From positions 96,001 to 160,000 of the forward strand of contig CAWFJJ010000028.1 of NCBI GenBank assembly GCA_963816185.1: a stretch of 64,000 nucleotides of DNA. Direction: 5' to 3'. Shown piece by piece: positions 56,150-64,000 of the stretch; position 1 is the first letter of the stretch; each line of letters begins with the position of its first letter. The notes under the pieces are model-generated. The model saw only the letters and a program-made list of their open reading frames with translations. It searched no databases and was not told the DNA's origin. The position numbers and the translations under genes are program-made. This DNA comes from Thermoanaerobaculia bacterium. Lineage in GTDB: Bacteria > Acidobacteriota > Thermoanaerobaculia > UBA5066.

Positions 56150-56851
56150 GTGTCGATTCTCGAGGCGCACGGCCTCACGAAGACGTACCACGTCGGGAGC
56201 GAGAAGGTCGTCGGCGTCTCCGACGCCACTCTCGCTCTCGACGCGGGGTCCTTCACGGTCCTCGCCGGCCCCTCCGGCAGTGGCAAGACCACGCTCCTGA
56301 ATCTCCTCGGCGTTCTCGACCGGGCGGACTCCGGGACGCTCCTCTTCGAAGGGCACGACGTCTCGGGCCTCGATGAGCGCGCTCGCGCGCGGCTTCGCCG
56401 CGAGAAGCTCGGATTCGTCTTCCAGGCATACCAACTCGTGCCCGTGCTCTCGGCGGAGGAGAACGTCGCCCTCGCCCTTTGGATCCGGGGCCTCCCGGAC
56501 GAGGAATGCGCGTCGCGCGCTCGCGCGGCCCTCGCGGCCGTCGGCCTCGAGGGGCTCGAGAGCCGGCGGCCCGACGCGCTCTCGGGCGGACAGCGGCAGC
56601 GTGTCGCGGTGGCGCGCGCCCTCGTGGGCGAGCCCGTGCTCATCCTCGCGGACGAGCCCACGGCGTCGCTCGACTCGGAGACGGCGGCTCACCTTCTCGA
56701 CCTTTTCGAAGAGCTTCACCGCTCGCGCGGCGTCGCCTTTCTCTTCTCGAGCCACGATCCTCGCATCGTCGAGCGGGCGGAACGGCGCATCTCTCTTCAG
56801 GACGGACGCGTCGTCGCGGATGAGTACGCGCCTACTGGAGCACGCGCGTGA
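56150..56851 (+). CDS. ABC ATPase, LolD/MacB family
   Basis: GPSGSGKTT, GFVFQ, LSGGQRQRVAVARAL and ADEPTASLD motifs. Confidence 0.92.
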   Translation: MSILEAHGLTKTYHVGSEKVVGVSDATLALDAGSFTVLAGPSGSGKTTLLNLLGVLDRADSGTLLFEGHDVSGLDERARARLRREKLGFVFQAYQLVPVLSAEENVALALWIRGLPDEECASRARAALAAVGLEGLESRRPDALSGGQRQRVAVARALVGEPVLILADEPTASLDSETAAHLLDLFEELHRSRGVAFLFSSHDPRIVERAERRISLQDGRVVADEYAPTGARA

Positions 56852-58077
56852 GCCGTTGGGCGCGCTTCGCGGCGCGGAACCTCCGGCGCCACGCACGCCG
56901 GACTTTCCTCACGGGCTCGATCGTCGTCGTCGGATTCGTGGCGGTCACGATGACGTCGGGCTTCGTCTCCCAGACGTTCTCGTCATTGAAGGCGGCGACG
57001 ATCCGCGGGACCGGCGGCCACCTGCGCCTCCTCGACCCCAAGGCGGCGGGGAAGACGGACGACGAGGCGGCCGTCCTGATGCTGGACGACTGGCAGGGCC
57101 TCGCAGCCGTCGTGAAGAAGGACCCGCGCGTCGTCCAGGCCATGCCGAAGCTCTCGTTCTTCGGCCTCGTCGCGAAAGGCGAGAAGAGCGCGGCTTACAT
57201 CGGCACCGGAACCATTCCCGCGCTCGAGAAGAACGCTTCTCTCGCCTCCGACACGGTCGTATCCGGGACGTTCTTCTCGAATCCGGACGCGGACGACGTG
57301 ATGCTCGGCTCCGGACTCGCGCGCGCGATCGGCGCGAAAGTTGGCGAGCTCGTCACCGTGATGGCGACGACTCCCGACGGCTCGCTGAACGCGGTGGATG
57401 CGACCGTCGTCGCGGTGCTCTCGTATCCGATCAAGGAGATCGACGACCGGCTCCTGTTCCTGCCTTATGCGGCGGCCTCGAAGCTCCTCAAGTCCGAGGG
57501 GAAGGCGAACACGCTCGTCGTGCTCCTCAAGGACGACGCCGACGTGGATGCGGCCGCGCGCGACCTCGGCAAGAGCCTCGAGGCGGCCGGCCGCCCCGTC
57601 GTCGTGAAGACGTGGCTCGAGACGGCGGCGTTCTACAAGCAGGTCAAGCTCCTCTACATCGCGATTTTCTTCTTCATGGGCCTCGTCCTCTCGATCGTCG
57701 TCATCCTCGCCGCCGCGAACACGATGACGATGTCCGTCTTCGAGAGAACGCGCGAGATCGGGACGCTTCTCGCGATCGGGATGGAACGCGGGCAGATCCG
57801 GACGCTTTTCCTTCTCGAAGGCTTCCTCCTCGGCGCCGTCGGATCTGTGATCGGCGCGATCGCCTCGTTCCTCCTGCGGCTCGCGCTGAACGCGTCGGGA
57901 ATCATGCTGCCGCCTCCTCCGGGCGGAACGCGCGGAAACGTCCTGCACGTCGACTTCATCCCGCTCGCGTACGGAATCGGGTTCGCGATCATGTCACTCA
58001 CCCTCCTCATCGCCGCGTGGTGGCCCGCGCGCCGCGCGGCGCGGCTGAACCCCGTGGAGGCTCTCGGGCATGTGTGA
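56848..58077 (+). CDS. ABC permease, LolC/E-FtsX family
   Basis: RNLRRHARRT, SVFERTREIGTLLAIG and PARRAARLNPVEAL motifs. Confidence 0.92.
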   Translation: MSRWARFAARNLRRHARRTFLTGSIVVVGFVAVTMTSGFVSQTFSSLKAATIRGTGGHLRLLDPKAAGKTDDEAAVLMLDDWQGLAAVVKKDPRVVQAMPKLSFFGLVAKGEKSAAYIGTGTIPALEKNASLASDTVVSGTFFSNPDADDVMLGSGLARAIGAKVGELVTVMATTPDGSLNAVDATVVAVLSYPIKEIDDRLLFLPYAAASKLLKSEGKANTLVVLLKDDADVDAAARDLGKSLEAAGRPVVVKTWLETAAFYKQVKLLYIAIFFFMGLVLSIVVILAAANTMTMSVFERTREIGTLLAIGMERGQIRTLFLLEGFLLGAVGSVIGAIASFLLRLALNASGIMLPPPPGGTRGNVLHVDFIPLAYGIGFAIMSLTLLIAAWWPARRAARLNPVEALGHV

Positions 58078-58897
58078 GAAAGAGAAGAAAGAGAGGATTC
58101 TTCGAATGGTTAATGGGCCTTTCGGCGCGTCCGAACGCTGCCCGGCGCGAGCAGCCTCTGCGGCGCGACGCGTCCCATATTCCCTTCTAAGAAATATTCT
58201 CTTTCCTTCTCTTGCCTTTGCCTCCGTCTCTCGTGCGGACGACCCCGCGGCGCTGCTGCGCCGTGCGGAGCGCATCAAGGAGGCCTGGCCGGAGGTCGTC
58301 ATCACGCTGCGCGTGACGACGACGAAGCCCGGCGCAGCGCCTGCGGGTGGGACTTTCGCAGTCGAGGCGAAGGGCCGCGACAAGTCGCGCATCCGCTTCC
58401 TGAATCCGTCCGACGCCGGCAAGTCCGTCGTTCAGGTGGGAGACGAGGTCTGGCTCGTCCTGCCGAACACGCGCAATCCGATCCGCGTGCCGAAGAGTCA
58501 TCGCCTTCAGGGTGGGTTCTCGGCGGCCGACATGGCCCGCACGCGGTTCGTGGACGACTACGACGCGGCCCTGGAGAGGACCGACGTCCTGAACGGCATG
58601 AAGTGCGCCGTTCTGCGCCTCACGGCGAAGGCGGGGAAGAATCCGTCGTATCCGATCGTGCGCGTGTGGATCGACGAGAAGGAAGGTCTCTACCGCAAGG
58701 CGGTCTTTCTCGTCTCCTCCGGAAAGACCGCGCGGGAAACGACCTTCGACGAGTACCGTCCGTTCCACGGCGTCCTCTCGCTCGCGAAAATGACGATCGT
58801 CGATACGCTCCGGCCGGGAACGACGGTCGTCGAATACCTCGACTACGAGAAGAAGAGCCTGCCGGATTCAATCTTCGAGCCGAAGGCCGTGCCTTAG
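58070..58897 (+). CDS. Outer-membrane lipoprotein-sorting (LolA-like) protein; N-terminus contains a repeat copy
   Basis: RFLNPSDAGK, VWLVLP, GGFSAADM and YPIVRVWID motifs, plus operon context. Confidence 0.8.
   Translation: MCEKEKKERILRMVNGPFGASERCPARAASAARRVPYSLLRNILFPSLAFASVSRADDPAALLRRAERIKEAWPEVVITLRVTTTKPGAAPAGGTFAVEAKGRDKSRIRFLNPSDAGKSVVQVGDEVWLVLPNTRNPIRVPKSHRLQGGFSAADMARTRFVDDYDAALERTDVLNGMKCAVLRLTAKAGKNPSYPIVRVWIDEKEGLYRKAVFLVSSGKTARETTFDEYRPFHGVLSLAKMTIVDTLRPGTTVVEYLDYEKKSLPDSIFEPKAVP
58081..58212. repeat. Dispersed inverted-repeat element, copy F (LolA-like 5' end)
   Basis: AGAGAAGAAAGAGAGGATTCTTCGAATGG and CCCTTCTAAGAAATATTCTCTTTCCTTCTCT, about 30-bp imperfect arms. Confidence 0.8.
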
Positions 58898-61059
58898 TGC
58901 GTCCGAGAGCCGGCCTCGGCGCGCAGGCGCGCCGCGTCGGCCGCGCGCCCGGCTTTCTCGTAGGCGTCGGCGAGCGTGCTTCGCGTGTCGGACGACTCGG
59001 GGTCGAGCTTGCGAGCCGTCTCGAGCTCGGAGATCGCCTCGCTGGTCCGTCCTTCCTCGAGGAGAGCTCGCCCGAATTGCCAACGCGCGGCGGCGTTGTC
59101 GCCGTCCAGGTCCACGGCACGTCGGAAGTGTTGGAGGGCGAGGGCGCGGTCGCCCTTGGCGCGGTAATGCTCGCCGAGGTGGACATTCCACCACCCAAGG
59201 GGGTCGAGCTCGAGAAGACGTTTGCTCAGCGCCAACGACTCGTCCCACCGCTTCTGGTTCATGAGGAGGTGCGAGTACCAGTGCAGGGCACTGAGGGAGT
59301 TCGCATCCAGCTCGAGGGCGCGCCGGAACTCCTTCTCTGCCGCCCGTTCGTCACCCGTGAGCATCGTGGCGTGGGCGAGGACGGCGTGGGCGTCGGCGAG
59401 GTCCGGATCTAGCTCGAGGGCCTTGCGCGCCGCGGCCTTCGCCTTCTCGTAGGCGTCCGGGACCGGGCGGCGGTTCGTGTAGCCGAAAACGTCCCAGGTT
59501 TCCGCGATCCCTGTCCACGCCTTTGCGTAGGTAGGGTCCGCCTCGAGCGCCTTTTCGAAGTACCCGAGACCCTTCTCGAGATCGGATTCTCTCCGCCCGC
59601 TGGCCCAGAGCTGATTCCCCCGAAGCCAGAGCTCGTAGGCCTCGCGGCTTTCGGTCTCCTTCCGAGCGAGCCGCGCGCGGTCCTCGCCCGAAAGCGGAAG
59701 CCGAAGCTTCCCTGCGACGGCGGAGGCGATCTCGGCGGGTAGTGCCGCGATGGTCTCGAGGGGGCGGTCGTACCGCTCTCCCCAAAGGTGACGCCCGTCC
59801 CGCGCATCCACGAGCTCGACCGTGATCGAGACGCGGCCCGACCGCCCGACGGCGCGCCCCGTCATGACCGCCCGCACGTTCAGCGCGCGGGCAGCCTCGA
59901 GCGGGTCCACATTGACGCCGGCGAACCGCGCGACCGCGCTCGAGGCCATTACGCGGAGGTTCGGAGCCTGCGAGACGCGCGAGATCACGGAGTCGGACAC
60001 CGAGGCGCACAGGTCGGCGAGTTCGGCGTCGCTCCCGGCACTCGAGAAGGGAAGGACGGCGAGAGACTCGATAGGGGAGGAGCCCCGTCGCGTGGCGAAG
60101 AGGATCGCGGCCGCCGCGGCGGCGGCGAGGACAGCTCCTGCCACGACCCAGCGGACGCGGCCGGAGCCTCGTGGCGGGAAGGGAAGAGACGGGGTCGTCT
60201 CCGGGGCCGGCACGGGACCGGAGCCGCTCGCAAGCGCGCGCCCGGCCGCCGCGACGTCGGCCGGCCTCTTTCCCGGATCCTTCTCGAGACAGCGCGCGGC
60301 GAGGTCCCGCAGGTCCGCGGGCGTGTCCGGCCCGAGAGCGCTCCAGTCGGGGGCGCCCGTGAGAACGGCGGCGAGCGTTTCCGTCGCGTTCCGGCCGGCG
60401 AACGCGCGCCGGCCGGAGAGCATCTCGTACAGCACGCAGCCGAACGCCCAGACGTCCGACGCCGGACCGGCCGGCTCGCCGCGCACCCGCTCGGGCGACA
60501 TGTAGCCCACGGTTCCAAAGGTCGCCCCCGCCTCCGTCAGCGCGGAAGCCGTCTCGGCCGCCGAGACCTCGTCGCGCGCCGCGGGCGCATTGCGCGCGAG
60601 GCCGAAGTCGAGGATCTTCGCCCCGTCCTGCGTGAGAAAGATGTTCTGTGGCTTGAGGTCCCGGTGGATGAAACCCAGCTCGTGAGCGCGCGCGAGCCCC
60701 CGCGAAGTCTCCCCGCCGATGCGCCGAGCCTCCGACTCGGGAAGCGGCCCGCGGTCGATGCGCGCCGCGAGCGTCTCCCCCTCGAGGAGCTCCATCACGA
60801 AGTACGCGACGTCGCCCTCGCTTCCCGCGTCGAAGAGGGTGCAGACGTTGGGGTGCGTGAGCCGGGCCGCGATCTTCGCCTCGCGCGCGAATCGGCGGAG
60901 GGCCTCGGGATCGTCGCCGTGGCGCGCGGCGACGACCTTGAGCGCGACGTCGCGCTCGAGCCGCGCGTCGTACGCTCGATACACCTCGCCCATCCCTCCG
61001 GCACCGAGCGGAGCGAGGACCTCATACGGTCCGAGGCGCGTCCCGGCCTCGAGGGTCAC
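58894..61059 (-). CDS. Hanks Ser/Thr kinase with TM helix, TolB-N-like domain and TPR repeats
   Basis: GAGGMGEVY, HRDLKPQN, DFG, SLAVLPF and AYELWLRG motifs. Confidence 0.93.
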   Translation of the reverse strand: MTLEAGTRLGPYEVLAPLGAGGMGEVYRAYDARLERDVALKVVAARHGDDPEALRRFAREAKIAARLTHPNVCTLFDAGSEGDVAYFVMELLEGETLAARIDRGPLPESEARRIGGETSRGLARAHELGFIHRDLKPQNIFLTQDGAKILDFGLARNAPAARDEVSAAETASALTEAGATFGTVGYMSPERVRGEPAGPASDVWAFGCVLYEMLSGRRAFAGRNATETLAAVLTGAPDWSALGPDTPADLRDLAARCLEKDPGKRPADVAAAGRALASGSGPVPAPETTPSLPFPPRGSGRVRWVVAGAVLAAAAAAAILFATRRGSSPIESLAVLPFSSAGSDAELADLCASVSDSVISRVSQAPNLRVMASSAVARFAGVNVDPLEAARALNVRAVMTGRAVGRSGRVSITVELVDARDGRHLWGERYDRPLETIAALPAEIASAVAGKLRLPLSGEDRARLARKETESREAYELWLRGNQLWASGRRESDLEKGLGYFEKALEADPTYAKAWTGIAETWDVFGYTNRRPVPDAYEKAKAAARKALELDPDLADAHAVLAHATMLTGDERAAEKEFRRALELDANSLSALHWYSHLLMNQKRWDESLALSKRLLELDPLGWWNVHLGEHYRAKGDRALALQHFRRAVDLDGDNAAARWQFGRALLEEGRTSEAISELETARKLDPESSDTRSTLADAYEKAGRAADAARLRAEAGSRTH

Positions 61060-61072
61060 GGTTCGGGCACCG

Positions 61073-62551
61073 TCATCGGCGGGAGATCGCGGCCACGCCC
61101 GCTTTCCTCGGTCTCAGCGCGACGTAGAGGCTGCCCGCGGCGAAGAAGCCCACGAACCACGCGTAATCGTAGAGCGGCGTCAGAACCGGGATGACGAGGC
61201 CGCCCCACGCGAAGAAGCAGCCCGCGAACGTCGCGACGACCGCGGCCCGATTCCAGCCTCCGTAGACGCCGTCCTTCAGGTAGAGCGCCCTGAGGTCGAG
61301 CGTCTTCTTCTTCACGATCCAGTAGTCGGCGATGAGGACCCCCGCGATCGAGCCGAGGCCTCCCGAGTAGCCGAGCAGCCACGTGAAGATGTAACCCTTC
61401 GGATCGGCGAGGAGGCGCCAGGGCTGCATCGCGATGCCGAGGAGGCCCGTGAGGAGACCTCCCGTCTTGAAGCTGATGTACCGGGGGAGCGCATTTGCGA
61501 AGTCGTTCGCGGGCGATACGACGTTCGCGGCGATGTTGACGGCGAGCGTCGCGACCACGACCGAGAACATCGCGACCGCGACGACGAGCGGATTCGTGAA
61601 CTTCCCGACGAGCTTGACGGGATCCCAGATCGCCTCGCCGAAGATGATCGCGCTCGCGCTCGTGATGAGGACGCCCATCGCCGCGAATGCGAACATCGTG
61701 GTGGGCAGCGCGACGGCCTGGCCGACGATCTGTTCTCGCTGGCTGCGCCCGAAGCGCGTGAAATCCGGCATGTTGAGCGAGAGCGTGGCCCAGAACCCGA
61801 TCATCGCGGTGAGAGAGGGGACGAAGACGGGGAAGAATTCGCCGAACGTCGGAAACTTCCCGGGTTGCGCGAGCAGCGGGCCGAGCCCGTTCGCCTTGTT
61901 CACGGCCCACACGAGAAGAACGATCGTCACGACGAGGACGTACGGCGCGGCCCAGTTCTCGACTTTGCGGAGGAGATCCATGCCCCGGTAGATCACGAAG
62001 ATGTTCAGACCCCAGAAGAGAAGGAACGAGAGCCATTCCGTCGTCGTGTGGCCGGAAAAACCGGCTCCGAGGAGCGCCGGCCAAGGCGGGAACACCGCGG
62101 TGAAGAACGTATGGAGGGCCTCCCCACCGATCCACGTCTGGATGCCGAACCAGCCGCAGGCGACGAGGGCGCGCATGAGCGCCGGCAGGTTCGAGCCCGC
62201 GGTACCGTACGCGGCGCGTGCGAACACGGGAAAGGGGATGCCGTATTTCGTGCCAGGATGCGAGTTCAGGAGGATCGGGACGAGGACGATCGAATTGCCG
62301 AGGAGGATCGTGAACAGCGCCTGCTTCCAGTCCATGCCGCTGTTCATGAGGCCGGAGGCCAGCATGTACGTCGGGATGCAGTGCGCCATCGAGATCCAAA
62401 GCGCGGCGTAGTTGTACGTCGTCCAGGTGCGGCGCGCGACCGGAATCGGGGCGAGGTCCTCGTTGTAGTACGGGCTCGCCTCGAGCGCGGACGTATCCGC
62501 CAGCTCGACGCGGCCGTCCGCGTGGGCGATCTCGCCGGTCACCGCGCTCAT
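61073..62551 (-). CDS. NCS1 nucleobase:cation symporter
   Basis: YNEDLAP, WISMAHCIPTY, KYGIPFPV, CGWFGIQ and LNMPDFTRF motifs. Confidence 0.94.
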   Translation of the reverse strand: MSAVTGEIAHADGRVELADTSALEASPYYNEDLAPIPVARRTWTTYNYAALWISMAHCIPTYMLASGLMNSGMDWKQALFTILLGNSIVLVPILLNSHPGTKYGIPFPVFARAAYGTAGSNLPALMRALVACGWFGIQTWIGGEALHTFFTAVFPPWPALLGAGFSGHTTTEWLSFLLFWGLNIFVIYRGMDLLRKVENWAAPYVLVVTIVLLVWAVNKANGLGPLLAQPGKFPTFGEFFPVFVPSLTAMIGFWATLSLNMPDFTRFGRSQREQIVGQAVALPTTMFAFAAMGVLITSASAIIFGEAIWDPVKLVGKFTNPLVVAVAMFSVVVATLAVNIAANVVSPANDFANALPRYISFKTGGLLTGLLGIAMQPWRLLADPKGYIFTWLLGYSGGLGSIAGVLIADYWIVKKKTLDLRALYLKDGVYGGWNRAAVVATFAGCFFAWGGLVIPVLTPLYDYAWFVGFFAAGSLYVALRPRKAGVAAISRR

Positions 62552-62587
62552 GGGGCGGCGGAATCGTAACCCAGGGGATCTCCCGGA

Positions 62588-63004
62588 TCAGCCTTCCGGC
62601 CGGACGTACGTCAGGGTGTGGTGCGTGAGGAGCGTTCCGGTCTTCGTCAGACAGGACGCCTCGCCGTACGTCGAGCGCCGGCCGGCCCGGAGGACTTTCG
62701 CCCGGCAGACGAAACCCTCTCGACGGGCGCTCCTCAGGAAGGAGGTCTGCATGTGACTCGTGACGGACAGATCCGCGAGCCCGGTTTGCGTCTTGATCGC
62801 GAGCCACATGGCGACGTCGGCCGCCGTCATGAAGACGATGCCGCTCACGATGCCGCCGGGGCGCTCCCACTCGCGCCGGAACGGGACGTCCAGAGTGCAG
62901 ACGCCGTCCTCGATGGACTCCACGCGAAAGCCGAAGGGCCGCGTGAACGCGTTCTCATGGGAAAGAAGGGCCTGCAATTCCTCCACGGTGACGGCCGAAC
63001 TCAT
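62588..63004 (-). CDS. PaaI family hotdog-fold thioesterase
   Basis: RPGGIVSG...AADVAM, TSFLRSA and LRAGRR motifs. GGAGG before ATG 63004. Confidence 0.85.
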   Translation of the reverse strand: MSSAVTVEELQALLSHENAFTRPFGFRVESIEDGVCTLDVPFRREWERPGGIVSGIVFMTAADVAMWLAIKTQTGLADLSVTSHMQTSFLRSARREGFVCRAKVLRAGRRSTYGEASCLTKTGTLLTHHTLTYVRPEG

Positions 63005-63100
63005 CGGAGCCTCCGGGGTGAGGATACCGAGGCGGCTCTCGCCTTTGTTTTGGATTCGGCCTAAGCTAAAAGTTCGTTCTTCTCGCGGGGGAGGTCGTGG

Positions 63101-64000
63101 ATGAGCGTCGATCTGTCGGTCGTCTTCACAGGCATGAGGTTCGAGAATCCGTTTCTTCTCGCCTCGGCTCCGCCCACGGAGTCCGACACGAACATCATGC
63201 GGGCCTTCGAGGCCGGATGGGGCGGTGTCGTGACCAAGACGATCGGCCTGCATCCCGTCGTGAACGTCGCGGGAGCGAAGACGAAGTTCCTCAGGACCGA
63301 CGTTCAGACCCCTCGCATTTCGATGAAGAGCCGGCCGGATTCGGTCCTCCACTCCTCGTGGAACTGGGAGCTCATTTCCGACAAGCCTCTCGACTGGTGG
63401 GTGAGCCGACTGCCGAAGATCAAGAAGGCGTTTCCGAAGAAGATTCTCGTCGCCTCGATCATGGCGGGGTCCGGCAACGACAAGGAGCTCCAGAACTGGC
63501 AGCTCTTGGCGAGGTCCTGTCAGGACGAAGGCGTGGACGCCCTCGAGCTGAACTTCTCGTGCCCGCACATGGACCGCGAGGACATGGGCTCGAACATCGG
63601 GAAGTCGAGCGGCCTGACCTCGATCGTCACGAAGGCCGTGAAGGAAGTCGCAAGAGTCCCGGTCTGGACCAAGCTGACTCCCTCGACGACCGACATCGCG
63701 GTCGAAGCCGGTGCGGCGTTTCGCGGAGGCGCGGACGCGATCACGTCGTCGAACACGTTCCCGTCGATCCCTCTCGTGGATCCCGAGACGCTCGAGTTCG
63801 AGATGAACGTGGACGGCTACACGTCGAGCGGGGGTCTCGGCGGTCCCGCCATCCTGCCGCTGGCGCTCGCGAAGATGGCCCAGATGACGCACGCGTTCCC
63901 GGACAAGTCCTTCTCCGGTATCGGCGGCATCTCGGACTTCTCGCACGCGCTCAATTACTTTCTCCTCGGATGCGGCACCGTGCAGGTCTGCACGGCCGCG
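63101..64000 (+). CDS. preA: Dihydropyrimidine dehydrogenase subunit PreA, truncated by the window end
   Basis: FENPFLLASAPPT, GWGGVVTKT, NWELISD, ELNFSCPH, KLTP, GIGGI and VQVCTA motifs. GGAGG RBS. Confidence 0.92.
   Translation, partial: MSVDLSVVFTGMRFENPFLLASAPPTESDTNIMRAFEAGWGGVVTKTIGLHPVVNVAGAKTKFLRTDVQTPRISMKSRPDSVLHSSWNWELISDKPLDWWVSRLPKIKKAFPKKILVASIMAGSGNDKELQNWQLLARSCQDEGVDALELNFSCPHMDREDMGSNIGKSSGLTSIVTKAVKEVARVPVWTKLTPSTTDIAVEAGAAFRGGADAITSSNTFPSIPLVDPETLEFEMNVDGYTSSGGLGGPAILPLALAKMAQMTHAFPDKSFSGIGGISDFSHALNYFLLGCGTVQVCTAA

Noticed and set aside
18283-61059. Three Hanks kinases as a novel signalling system
   Set aside because: Expanded kinase families with these architectures are common in Acidobacteriota, and the three genes are unlinked.

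Overview
High-GC chromosomal window. Gene content (three Hanks kinases, an ECF-sigma/kinase pair, IPTL-CTERM-like and GloVer-like repeat proteins) suggests Acidobacteriota, possibly Thermoanaerobaculia; this is an inference. In order it holds a beta-oxidation operon end, a nucleoside salvage cluster (deoB, nupC, PNP, cdd, deaminase, pdp), two Phd/VapC toxin-antitoxin pairs, and ABC-F/cinA/plsY/gpsA. A metal-limitation-looking block follows (His-rich protein, znuABC-like, gpmA, RND pump, Cys-free L28/L33), then surface beta-propeller genes, sthA, an M16 peptidase, SOD, a dhs-SCO-SCO-ABC-LolA-like operon, NCS1 and preA. No rRNA, tRNA, CRISPR array or transposase was seen. Many genes carry single-base frameshifts that look like sequencing or assembly errors. 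The most striking unexplained signal is a dispersed AT-rich inverted-repeat family (core TTTCTT[A/C]GAA...TTCTAAGAAA, roughly 60-150 bp). It sits inside coding sequences, is read in all three frames, and has its TAA replaced by a sense codon where it would otherwise be in frame. Also notable are a peroxiredoxin with a histone-H1-like tail and an SthA-DUF429 fusion.
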